From NCBI RefSeq assembly GCF_024282095.1, contig NZ_JAMWZS010000008.1, positions 6,090-70,089 on the forward strand: a stretch of 64,000 bases of DNA, read 5' to 3'. The DNA comes from Nitrosomonas sp. (lineage in GTDB: Bacteria; Pseudomonadota; Gammaproteobacteria; Burkholderiales; Nitrosomonadaceae). The notes beneath the pieces are model-generated. The model saw only the letters and a program-made list of their open reading frames with translations, did no database searches and was not told the DNA's origin. Positions within the stretch are counted from its first letter, which is position 1. Each line of letters opens with the position of its first letter. The translations under genes and the position numbers were made by a program. Of this stretch, positions 21,701 through 30,193 are shown one piece after another.

Positions 21701-21810
21701 TGCATGATCCTATAGACAGAGAAACCTGTTAACAAGATGAGAGTCACCAGTGTCAATCCACTGATGGTAATAATTCTGCGATCATCTTGATTGATAAAAA
21801 AACGAAACAT
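18709..21810 (-). CDS. Membrane-bound PAS-GGDEF-EAL protein (diguanylate cyclase/phosphodiesterase)
   Basis: Two TM segments flanking a periplasmic domain; PAS (FIDRHGKIIQVND...WVDSAI); GGDEF intact with RNED I-site; EALLRW, LEITE, DDFGTGYSSL, AEGIET. Confidence 0.92.
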   Translation of the reverse strand: MFRFFINQDDRRIITISGLTLVTLILLTGFSVYRIMQPQTEAMTTSGLNVALENMVKLIENQMTHSISHTKTASTRISLVQSLEKANSNALKDEGAINLIKSSETMLKNNFSGVSIYGPAGNLILRSGLHSNYSDLMIELDTGPDIRSNLLWDDGKFILRNSMPVLNDENKFIGRIITEEPLPALTRIFTEITLIGMTGDFLLCAPVKGNNLEMDCFLRGFDGNHFKRMQRIMDNKPLPIHYALAGQTGIKFTKDYRQIDVVAAHSPVAYGLGAVLKINEHELYDHLTDQIKTILLYLGLFVAFGIAILYWLTLPLIQKSIKSRNALIKTHRKLIQARNHAEKISSELTAYINAIGRIALIAFIDRHGKIIQVNDKLCEISGYSAEELIEQDHRLLNSQIHPESFFVDMWATITKGEIWHQEICNRNKAGTLYWVDSAIIPIVSAPGKTDCYLSISVDITAHKQKDCGLSERLKESNCLQIIRNYMGQDLSTEKICQNILESLILALHSPEMAVAMIELGNKQFATAGYHANLRNEISAKIMSNGEVCGLLKVSYLQDLAFTFPYEQNLIDTIAHDLGRWYERKEAEQRIIQMATHDALTGLPNRHLLQDRIEQALVHDTRHQRQMAVLFIDLDHFKTINDSLGHDIGDLLLKAVAKRLSACVRNEDTVARQGGDEFIVVLNSIAESLDAAKVAQKILDSMIQPYHIHENELHIGGSIGIAVFPDDGTSAEALLKNSDVAMYYAKENGRNNYQFFTDELNKSAHERHTLGLDLRHALERDELVLYYQPVMDMPDHQLYSVEALLRWRHPEHKLISPDKFISLAEETGLIIPIGEWVLKTVCIQIKTWQNQGYTVPRVAINLSGRQFRDKDLTKNISRILNETGVEAKYITLEITESMLIDNIEKVVETLKCLSDMGIHISIDDFGTGYSSLSYLKRFPIHTLKIDRTFVRDIVTDKNDHTIVAAIIAMAHSLEMDVIAEGIETAEQLNLLIAQKCNHYQGYYFSRPVPVSEIENILKKFIPEISKIHALRIAK

Positions 21811-21891
21811 TGTCTATTAGCATTTCCAAGAAACAGAGATTTTTATGACGACCCGTGATTAAGTGAGGACTATTCAAAGAACGACGAACTA

Positions 21892-21918
21892 TTATCGGTA
21901 AGCGGCTTCTATACTTAA
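21892..21918 (-). promoter_or_regulatory. Putative sigma-28 (FliA) promoter of the GGDEF-EAL gene
   Basis: Minus strand TTAAGTAT-N11-ACCGATAA versus consensus TAAAGTTT-N11-GCCGATAA, about 80 nt upstream of ATG 21810. Confidence 0.5.
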
Positions 21919-22066
21919 GCTGCAATTAGGCACTTTTTTACCCCTTTATCTGAAGCTTGCTGAAAATAGCTTGTCGTAAATTGATGAATAAACAGACGCA
22001 ACAACGCGGGGATGACGATTCAAAGCTGACTGCGTTTTGGGAGAACGACCGAATGAAGGAAATGAT

Positions 22067-23554
22067 TTATATTTTTTTCTTTAGTAACTCGGGATAAGGA
22101 TACAAAATATTCAGTGCCACACTTTTACCCGCTGTTTCAACGATGCGCACATGCTCACGCTTAAACTGTCGTGCGTGATGCAAACCACATGAATGAGCGA
22201 TCATGTTAATTTCCTTGTTAACATTTTTGGCGTAGTTAGCAACGCGCAGATATTTTTCCTCAACCACCAGGCCGTTTTGCAAGCGCACATCGTGGGTTGT
22301 GATGCCGGTGGGGCAAGTATTGAGATGGCAGCGCATCGCCTGGATGCAACCCAATGAGAACATAAAGCCTCGCGCCGTATTGACAAAATCAGCGCCGGCG
22401 CAAAGCGCCCAAGCACCTTCCGCAGAAGTAACCAATTTCCCCGCAGCAACGACATAAATGCGGTTTTTCAGGCCGGACTGAATCAGTGCATCCACCACGC
22501 GCGGCAAGGCTTCCGCAATCGGCAAGCTAACATGGTCAAGCAGCGTCTGCGGTGCGGCACCACTGCCGCCTTCACCGCCGTCTATGGTCAGAAAATCGGG
22601 AGCATATTCGAGCCCACGACGGTTGATGTTGTCGCACAACTCATTAATAAAATTCCATCCGCCGATCGCCGTTTTGATACCGACCGGGCGTCCGGTCAGT
22701 TCACGGATATAATTGATTTTATCGAGCAGCTCATCGATGTTATTAATGTCTTTATGGCGATTCGGGCTGATGGAATCCTGATGCTCAGGGATGCCGCGTA
22801 TTGCGGCAATTTCACTTCCCACTTTGGTGCCCGGCAATAACCCGCCTTTGCCGGGTTTTGCACCTTGCGACAATTTGATCTCAAACGCTTTGACCACTTT
22901 GCTCAATTCTTTGGCGCGTTGCGCGGAGAAATTGCCGTGTTCATCGCGAATACCGTACTTGGCGGTGCCGATTTGCATAATCACATCGCAATCGCCCTCC
23001 AAATGATACGGAGCCAACCCGCCTTCGCCGGTATTCAGCCAACAACCCGCTTGTGCCGCGCCGCGTGACAAAGCGCGCACGGCAGGTTTCGAAATGGCGC
23101 CGTAGCTCATAGCGCTGATGTTAATGATGGATTTAGCTTCAAAAGGATGTTCGCAATAGCCCTGACCGATGTGCAATGAGGGTGTTGGCAGTTGATCTTC
23201 TTCCTGAATCGGGAAAGCGGCGTTGACGAAAATGATCGATCCCGGTTGACGCAAATCATTGGTGGAACCGAAACCGACCAGACTGCCTTTATTCTTTGCA
23301 TTTTTGTAGATCCAGCCGCGCGTGGCACGATTGAACGGCATTTCATCCCGATCATTGGCAAAGAAATATTGCCGGAAATATTTTCCCTGTATTTCGAAAA
23401 AGTAGCGCAAACGCCCAATGACAGGATAATTGCGTAGTACTGTGTGCTTTTTCTGTGTGACATCCTGGATGAACCAAAAAATAATCATCACGACGATGGC
23501 AACACCAAGTATCGTGACAATGCCATGGATGATCAAATCAATCACGTGAGCCAT
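22067..23554 (-). CDS. FMN-binding glutamate synthase family protein (stand-alone FMN domain)
   Basis: N-terminal TM; NISAMSYGAIS, NTGEGG, EIKLSQGAKPG, DGGEGGSG, [3Fe-4S]-type CIQAMRCHLNTCPTG. Confidence 0.88.
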   Translation of the reverse strand: MAHVIDLIIHGIVTILGVAIVVMIIFWFIQDVTQKKHTVLRNYPVIGRLRYFFEIQGKYFRQYFFANDRDEMPFNRATRGWIYKNAKNKGSLVGFGSTNDLRQPGSIIFVNAAFPIQEEDQLPTPSLHIGQGYCEHPFEAKSIINISAMSYGAISKPAVRALSRGAAQAGCWLNTGEGGLAPYHLEGDCDVIMQIGTAKYGIRDEHGNFSAQRAKELSKVVKAFEIKLSQGAKPGKGGLLPGTKVGSEIAAIRGIPEHQDSISPNRHKDINNIDELLDKINYIRELTGRPVGIKTAIGGWNFINELCDNINRRGLEYAPDFLTIDGGEGGSGAAPQTLLDHVSLPIAEALPRVVDALIQSGLKNRIYVVAAGKLVTSAEGAWALCAGADFVNTARGFMFSLGCIQAMRCHLNTCPTGITTHDVRLQNGLVVEEKYLRVANYAKNVNKEINMIAHSCGLHHARQFKREHVRIVETAGKSVALNILYPYPELLKKKI

Positions 23555-23644
23555 ATAATCTCCTTCCTTGCAACTTACTATCGCGGGAGCCTATATACTA
23601 TCTGTTCGACCATAGTAAGTGAACAGCTTGGGTGCATAAAGAAA

Positions 23645-24490
23645 TTGAACAATTTACTCGATGAAATTAATGACAATGTAAAACGTGCGTTAGCGGAAGA
23701 TATGGGTACGGGCGACCTGACGGCGGCATTGATTCCGCAGGACAAGGAATTAAACGCATTGGTAATCAGTAGGGAAAACGCGGTATTGTGCGGAATGCAG
23801 TGGTTTGAGATCTGTTTTCTGACGTTGGCGCCGCAAACAACGATCGACTGGCTTGCCCGGGATGGGGATTATGTTCAAGCCGGGCAACAACTTTGCACGA
23901 TCAAAGGGCCAGCCCGCGCACTGTTGACCGCGGAGCGTTCCGCACTGAATTTTCTGCAGATGCTGTCCGCCGTAGCAACACACACCAAGCGCTTTACCGA
24001 TGCCATCGCCGGCACAAAAACGCTTATCGTCGATACGCGCAAAACCCTGCCAGGTTTGCGATTGGCGCAGAAATACGCGGTAACCTGCGGCGGCGGCGTC
24101 AATCATCGCATCGGCCTGTATGACGGCATTCTGATCAAGGAAAACCACATCATCGCAGCGGGTGGCATCAAACCGGCTTTGATGAAAGCGCGGGAAATCG
24201 CGCCGCCGGATGTTTTTATTCAAATTGAAGTGGAATCGTTGCAGGAATTACATGAGGCGCTGGCGGCTGGCGCCACGATGGTGTTGTTGGATAATTTTAC
24301 GCTGGATCAGTTGCGCGATGCAGTTACGCTGACTCGCCAGCGGAGCAGTGAACGAGTCATCTTGGAGGCATCCGGCAATATCACACTGAATAATGTGCGT
24401 CAGGTGGCTGAAATGGGGGTTGACCGGATTTCCGTCGGCGGCTTAACTAAAAATATTCAGGCAATCGATCTGTCAATGCGTTTTGTTTAA
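23645..24490 (+). CDS. nadC: Nicotinate-nucleotide diphosphorylase (carboxylating)
   Basis: ALAEDMGTGDLT, ERSALNF, DTRKTLPGLR, HRIGLYD.ILIKENH, LLDNF, EASGN. TTG 23645 gives a typical 281 aa; the ORF-track start overlaps the divergent gene. Confidence 0.93.
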   Translation: MNNLLDEINDNVKRALAEDMGTGDLTAALIPQDKELNALVISRENAVLCGMQWFEICFLTLAPQTTIDWLARDGDYVQAGQQLCTIKGPARALLTAERSALNFLQMLSAVATHTKRFTDAIAGTKTLIVDTRKTLPGLRLAQKYAVTCGGGVNHRIGLYDGILIKENHIIAAGGIKPALMKAREIAPPDVFIQIEVESLQELHEALAAGATMVLLDNFTLDQLRDAVTLTRQRSSERVILEASGNITLNNVRQVAEMGVDRISVGGLTKNIQAIDLSMRFV

Positions 24491-24509
24491 CAGGCCGTTA
24501 ATGACATAT

Positions 24510-24872
24510 TTATCTTATTTGTTCAAGGCTGACTTGTGCGCGCCCTTTTCCAAAAAATCCCAGCTTTTTAGCTGCATGTTTTGTGACATCGATGATATTT
24601 TGATTATGTTGTGCCATGCGGTCATTGATTTTGACGATGACACTTTGGTTATTTGCTAAATTAGTGACCTTGACTTGCGACCCATAAGGAAATTTATTAT
24701 GTGCAGCGGTCAGTTTATTTTGATCAAAAACTTCCCCATTCGCTGTTTTCTTACCTTGATACTTATCGTGATAGTGGACGGCATTGCCTGTTCCCGCGAG
24801 GGCAACACAGGAATTTAGTGTGATAAAAGCAACAGTGCCATGAAATAATAGTGAAGTAACGCATTTATTCAT
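24510..24872 (-). CDS. RlpA-like double-psi beta-barrel lytic transglycosylase (no SPOR domain)
   Basis: TANGEVFDQNKLTAAH..PYGSQVKVTNL...VKINDR...IIDVTK.AAKKLG. Confidence 0.8.
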   Translation of the reverse strand: MNKCVTSLLFHGTVAFITLNSCVALAGTGNAVHYHDKYQGKKTANGEVFDQNKLTAAHNKFPYGSQVKVTNLANNQSVIVKINDRMAQHNQNIIDVTKHAAKKLGFFGKGRAQVSLEQIR

Positions 24873-25066
24873 AAAAAATTTCCTCTGCAAAATATCAGCA
24901 TGCCAGTAATACTGAAAACCGATTAATTTGATGATTTTTATACCAATCCACAGCGAGACAATCGATGTGGATTGCGGCGGTGGCAGTTTACAGGCATTCG
25001 CACGGTTGGTTTTTGAGAATTGAGTACAATTTTACCCGCATTTACAGCTTGCAATTTTTACATCCA

Positions 25067-25714
25067 TCACTTTTGTTCCATCGTGCTAATGAATGCATTC
25101 GCTTCATTGATTGATTTTTCCATCGAAGCAACCAGCGCGGATACATCGGATTTGATCGTGCCCAATTCGCCTTTGAGCGAAGCAATGGCGCGGGCATTGA
25201 GGTTGTGTTTGAGGAACATGACCTGATCGTGAAACACGGTAAGGATCGGTTCGATTTTGGCTTCGGCTTGTTTCATCGAAGCGATTAACTGACGGTAATG
25301 CGCTTGCGTGCTATCAAGTTTTTTCTGACTGCTTTGTTTCATCGAGGCGTTGCTGTATTGCGTGATTTCCGTTTTCCATTCGGTGAATAACGCTTCGGAA
25401 ACACTTTCTATGTCCGCAATTCGTGTTTTGACTTCGTCGGCTTTGCTGACGCTGGCTTCATACGCGTCATTAAGCCGTTTATAGGTAGCTTCCAGGTCAC
25501 CGCCGCTAAAGTTGGTGGCGGCAGTAAACTGTTCCAGTGCGGATTTGAATTGCTCCTTGGTTTCTTCCTGCGTATCGCGTGCTTTCTCAACTCGCGACAC
25601 CATCACATCGCGTTTCGGAATGCCGATTTTTTCCAGGCCTTCGAGATACATCGTGGTGCAGGCTGTCAGCATCAGCACTATTGAAAGAATGAATAAACGG
25701 GACAGAGTGTTCAT
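25067..25714 (-). CDS. Lipoprotein, probably DUF2959 family, alpha-helical
   Basis: GGAG SD before ATG 25714; lipobox LTAC; GIPKRDVMVSRVEKARDTQEETKEQFKSALEQF recognised by eye. Confidence 0.7.
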   Translation of the reverse strand: MNTLSRLFILSIVLMLTACTTMYLEGLEKIGIPKRDVMVSRVEKARDTQEETKEQFKSALEQFTAATNFSGGDLEATYKRLNDAYEASVSKADEVKTRIADIESVSEALFTEWKTEITQYSNASMKQSSQKKLDSTQAHYRQLIASMKQAEAKIEPILTVFHDQVMFLKHNLNARAIASLKGELGTIKSDVSALVASMEKSINEANAFISTMEQK

Positions 25715-25778
25715 GTTGTTCTCCATTAAAAGGTCTACAGGTTGTTGATTTTTATTGTCTGCTACGAAGTGGTCGGAT

Positions 25779-27773
25779 TTAACGTAACACACCTCGCCGT
25801 AACAACCGCCAAGCTACTTTCAAACCCCATAAGATGGGATGGCGACGCAACATCGGGGTAATTTCGACGCGCACACCGGTGTGCCGCTCAATTTTCCACG
25901 CCGCATATTCGACGCTATTGTTGAAAGTCAACGTGGCTTTGGATAAGCGCAGGATCGACAGAATTTTTCCCTGCCAACGGCGCAAACGCCAGCGCCACAG
26001 TGCCTGTCGTTGTGTCGCTGGATCGGTCAGGCAGCGGTATTTTCCATTGTCTAGTTTTTCCAATATGCCTTGCAGCATGGGAGCTGCCACTTCTGTCAGG
26101 CGGGTAAATGCACCCAGGTTGGCCTGCGCCAGATGGCGCGCGCGCGTTTCGCGCTCTGCCCGCAATTCAGCGGCATAGGTAAGCATCAGACAGCGGGTCC
26201 AGATTTCTTCCACATCGAATATACCTGCCTCGAGTGCTGCGGCTCCCGATTTTAAAAAAGTGACAACAGCGTGCGCCAGCGAAGCATAAATGTGTTCCCG
26301 CACAGCATCATCACGGCAGTACAGCAACCGTGACGGTTGCGCAAAACGCGCCCAAATATACGGATGAAACCAATGCTGCGCACCACGCCTGAAGTCGTGT
26401 GTTGAAATGACGGCGTATTTGGCGCGTAACGTTCTTCCCTGATGCGGTACTTCCACATAAAAAACATTCGGTGCCAGCCAAGCGTTTAAGTTGGCCAAAT
26501 AGCGCTCGGGATAAGCCTTGTGGTAGCTATCCACGATGACATACAAATCGACAATGCCTTCTTCCAGGCTAATGGCGGAATGCAAGCAGGAGCCATACAG
26601 AATCACGGCATCCAGTGACTCGCCAAAGCGCATGATGAGCACATCCACCAACGGGACGAGATCGGGAGATACCGCCTTGTTGCTTTCCCAAGCGACTTCG
26701 TTGAGTAGCCGGATGGGCAGTTGTTCGGTGGATGTGGCTTTAGTATTAGTCATAGTCTTAACAGCGCCTTCCAGCACTAAGAATGTCACAGGATTGGTGG
26801 CAGTAATCCGTAGCGGTTTGTTGGTACTGGCAGATCGATACAATTCACCGTCCACAATATACTCATCATCCATTTGCAGCGTTAAGGAACGGGTGTTATG
26901 GCTGTAATAACCATCTTTTTCCCGCAGCACTTCGCCGCCGCCTGAAATTAACGGCCATATTGAGCGCCACAAGCGTTTGTGGTGTTGATCGACCAATGTC
27001 ACATGCAGCGGCGCCGGTTCTTTTCCCCAGTAGGGACGAATGTTAAGCAACAGGCAATCCAATGCACTGACCAGTGCGAACAGATAAGTGCCTTGATGAG
27101 TTCGCCCATCGGCTTGCATCATGGTCATTGTGACCGGCGCCCATTCATTCTGATGGCGGCCAGATAGCATACCGATCATCATGCCGGCGAGCGAGCGCAG
27201 CATGATCAAAGAAGTAAAAATGCCGCCGGTAATTCCGATTTGCTTGACCGGGCTGCGCGAGAATTTGACGCCGCGTGCAATCAGTCCGACAGCGAAGAAC
27301 ATGCCATAGATTGCCCCCATTCCTGCCTGCTCGATACGTAGTACGGGACGCTGTACCAGCCTGGGTTCCACTGGCCGTAATAGATAATCACGCAAGCGGC
27401 GCAGGATTTGTTCGGGTTTGCCACGCATTCCCAGATCCAATGGCGTCATATTGGTGGTACCGCCCGGTATGACCATCAGCACAGGCCATTTCGCAGGCGC
27501 CAATGCAGCAAACAAATGACCGAGGATCGCATGCGTCGTACCGTCTCCCGCAACAATCACCAGTAAATCGATATTCGCTCGGAGCAATTGATCAATTGCA
27601 CTTTTGAAAGTGATCGCATCGGTAGCTTCGTAGACCATGATACCGGGTATTTCGCTCAATGCCTGCCGGATAGCCGGTTGACATTTACGTGTCTGGCCTC
27701 CCAGTGGGTTGAGCAGGCAACCAACTTTGGCTGTCCCGCTTCTCAAGCGGTCAATCCGTGCTTGTAATGTCAT
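25779..27773 (-). CDS. Fusion: diacylglycerol/ceramide kinase catalytic domain + nucleotidyltransferase-fold (Tam41-like) domain
   Basis: N-half has AGDGT and IPGGTTNM kinase motifs; C-half, from Met at 26753, has ILYGSCLH...GIVDLYVIVD. Single uninterrupted ORF; likely start ATG 27773. Confidence 0.75.
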   Translation of the reverse strand: MTLQARIDRLRSGTAKVGCLLNPLGGQTRKCQPAIRQALSEIPGIMVYEATDAITFKSAIDQLLRANIDLLVIVAGDGTTHAILGHLFAALAPAKWPVLMVIPGGTTNMTPLDLGMRGKPEQILRRLRDYLLRPVEPRLVQRPVLRIEQAGMGAIYGMFFAVGLIARGVKFSRSPVKQIGITGGIFTSLIMLRSLAGMMIGMLSGRHQNEWAPVTMTMMQADGRTHQGTYLFALVSALDCLLLNIRPYWGKEPAPLHVTLVDQHHKRLWRSIWPLISGGGEVLREKDGYYSHNTRSLTLQMDDEYIVDGELYRSASTNKPLRITATNPVTFLVLEGAVKTMTNTKATSTEQLPIRLLNEVAWESNKAVSPDLVPLVDVLIMRFGESLDAVILYGSCLHSAISLEEGIVDLYVIVDSYHKAYPERYLANLNAWLAPNVFYVEVPHQGRTLRAKYAVISTHDFRRGAQHWFHPYIWARFAQPSRLLYCRDDAVREHIYASLAHAVVTFLKSGAAALEAGIFDVEEIWTRCLMLTYAAELRAERETRARHLAQANLGAFTRLTEVAAPMLQGILEKLDNGKYRCLTDPATQRQALWRWRLRRWQGKILSILRLSKATLTFNNSVEYAAWKIERHTGVRVEITPMLRRHPILWGLKVAWRLLRRGVLR

Positions 27774-27789
27774 TGGGTGTGATAAACGA

Positions 27790-29028
27790 TTAATTGGATG
27801 ATACCGGATAGGGCTTTTTGAGATTGATCGGGGCGCGCGTGAATATTTTGACCGCCCATATTTCCCGGTCACGTGCCGGATCGATATCCTGCAGCCAGGA
27901 TTTCAGTGATCCTTCTTTTTGCTTGGTTTTCCAGCCGGTCATCAAGCGCCATACCAGTATACCCGTTGAGATCAAATGCCATGCAACGACCAACAAAAGC
28001 CCGAAATCCGGTTGGCCGGTCAACCATCCATACGTGAGCAACAAAAGATTCGGATTGCGCCGGGCGGTGATGAGCCGATTGAAGGAATCCCATTTGTGCC
28101 AGATGAACATATCAAAGTGTGCCAACCAGAACTGGAACATGCCTTCGCACAAACGTCCGCCGACATAGCCGATGAACATAAGCCACATCAGTATTCCCAA
28201 GCCGGTAATGGGCGTGAGCGTGCTTGCCAAACCGACTCCCCAAGCCAGATACCAGAGTGGTGGATGAATGATATCCAGACCATGATCCAGTACATCGCCG
28301 AGTCGGCTTGACGTCACGGTAACACGTGCCAGTTTCCCGTCCACGGTGTCGAGAAAGGTCATGAACCATCCCATGAGCAGACCCATGCCAAAAAACCCGA
28401 ACCAGAATGCGACCCCAGCCAACACGGCCAAAACGACGCTGAGATACGTGACATGATTGGGTTGCCAGCCTTCCCGGACACAGTAATGTGTCGCCCAGAA
28501 TGCCGGTACCGGCCAGAGCCATTTGGTGACCAGATCGGTCACGCCCTTATACGACCCGGAAAACAGCTCCTGTTCCAATAACGGGCGATTTTCTTCGCTG
28601 ATGGGCAAAATATAAGGCGGATCTTTCTTTTTCAGATTCTGCTGGAAGTCTATTTGCAGATCCTTCAAACCAATGCGCGGAATGGTCAGCAGCACAAAGC
28701 GATAATTCTGGCTCTTGTTATTGTTGAGATTCCTGAGTAATTGCTGCGCTTGATCGCCATCGGTACGTATCGCGGCGGGACAATTTTCGTCGCTGTATAG
28801 CGCTGTTTTTTTCTCCATGCCGAGCAATGCGGTGAGTACCCGGGCATCAAACAGAAAATTGGCGTTCAGGAATAATACAGCAGCACCGGAAGGAATTTTT
28901 TCTACATCCTCAGTAAGGATGATATGTTCTCTCGTTTTCAACATGCGCTGCAAACGCTCACGGCCGGTTAGTCCCCAAATTTTGGTTTCAATTTCACCGA
29001 AGATATAGATATAGGTTGAAGTCGACAT
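27790..29028 (-). CDS. CDP-alcohol phosphatidyltransferase family protein with N-terminal soluble extension
   Basis: Signature D-x2-DG-x2-AR-x8-G-x3-D-x3-D: FLDTVDGKLARVTVTSSRLGDVLDHGLD; several TM helices. Confidence 0.9.
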   Translation of the reverse strand: MSTSTYIYIFGEIETKIWGLTGRERLQRMLKTREHIILTEDVEKIPSGAAVLFLNANFLFDARVLTALLGMEKKTALYSDENCPAAIRTDGDQAQQLLRNLNNNKSQNYRFVLLTIPRIGLKDLQIDFQQNLKKKDPPYILPISEENRPLLEQELFSGSYKGVTDLVTKWLWPVPAFWATHYCVREGWQPNHVTYLSVVLAVLAGVAFWFGFFGMGLLMGWFMTFLDTVDGKLARVTVTSSRLGDVLDHGLDIIHPPLWYLAWGVGLASTLTPITGLGILMWLMFIGYVGGRLCEGMFQFWLAHFDMFIWHKWDSFNRLITARRNPNLLLLTYGWLTGQPDFGLLLVVAWHLISTGILVWRLMTGWKTKQKEGSLKSWLQDIDPARDREIWAVKIFTRAPINLKKPYPVSSN

Positions 29029-29131
29029 GTGTTGTAGTGATTGGGTTTTGTCTGAGTTATGAAAGATCTGTCATGGATAAAACAAGACTGCGCAATTATA
29101 TAGGCATTGATACTACACTAACCCATTCGTG

Positions 29132-30193
29132 TTAAAAAGTTCTGCGTAACCATAAAGTTGCTAGAATGATCATGGCAAAACCCGGTACCAGTGCGATGAA
29201 TGCCGGGTTTAAACGTAATATCAAACCCGTATTCGCAATAATTTGATCCAGCAGATAAACGGCAATGCCGATCAACGCAGCAAACACCAGTTTATTGCTC
29301 AAGCCGGTGCGAATCGATCCAAATACAAACGGAATCGACAACAGCAGCATTGCAATCGTCATCAGTGCACTGCCCAATTTACGCCATAGCGCCAACGCAT
29401 ACGAATCCGTATCCTGACCGGTGCTGCGCAGGAATTCCACATGCCTTACCAATTCAAGCGGTGACAGGCTTTCGGGTAATTTGGTGAGGGTTAGAATATC
29501 GTCCGGGTTTAGAAACGACGACCAGTTTAATGAAGCAAGACGGGTCGCTGAAATCTCGTCGTCTTTAAATGTTCTGACGATTACATTGTTTAATTCCCAG
29601 CTATCGTCATCTTTGATATCTGCATATTGGGCCAGGGTGTGCGAGAGTAAAAAACCTTCCTGATCTAGTTGCAGGATTTCAATATCGGCTGCTCTTTTGG
29701 CATGCATCATCTGGCCGATGCGCAGAATATTGTGCTCATTGCGCGTCCAGATTCCCAGATTCCTGCCTAATTCGGCACTGAGCTCCAGCGCGATAGCACG
29801 ATTGGTAATGGCTTTTTGCTGCAACTGGGGCGCGACAAATTGCTCTAGGATCGCGACACTCAGCAACAGTAATATACCAACGCTTAAAGGTGCGAGACTG
29901 ATGCGCAGAGGTGAAATTCCGGCAACCCGTAAAGCGATCAATTCCGAATGAACTGCCAGTTTTCCAAGCGCAATCACTGTACCCAATAAAGCAACAAAAG
30001 GTGCAATTTGGATAAGTCTGCGCGGCACCAACATGGCTGTGTATAAAAATGCATCTTTGATGCGATAGGTGCCTTTGCCGACATCTTCCAATTGATCCAA
30101 TAAATCAAAGAAACTGAATAACGGTAACAAAACCGCTGTGGCAATCATGAAACCGATCGCCACTTGATAAACGATATAGCGATAAATGATCAT
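29132..30193 (-). CDS. lptG: LptG-like (YjgP/YjgQ) permease paralog
   Basis: MIIYRYI start overlapping the lptF-like stop (ATGA); SELIALRVAGIS coupling helix; 3 TM + beta-jellyroll + 3 TM layout. Confidence 0.85.
   Translation of the reverse strand: MIIYRYIVYQVAIGFMIATAVLLPLFSFFDLLDQLEDVGKGTYRIKDAFLYTAMLVPRRLIQIAPFVALLGTVIALGKLAVHSELIALRVAGISPLRISLAPLSVGILLLLSVAILEQFVAPQLQQKAITNRAIALELSAELGRNLGIWTRNEHNILRIGQMMHAKRAADIEILQLDQEGFLLSHTLAQYADIKDDDSWELNNVIVRTFKDDEISATRLASLNWSSFLNPDDILTLTKLPESLSPLELVRHVEFLRSTGQDTDSYALALWRKLGSALMTIAMLLLSIPFVFGSIRTGLSNKLVFAALIGIAVYLLDQIIANTGLILRLNPAFIALVPGFAMIILATLWLRRTF

Noticed and set aside
23444-23644. N-terminal extension of nadC in the ORF track
   Set aside because: Overlaps the divergent glutamate-synthase-like gene; homology starts at TTG 23645.
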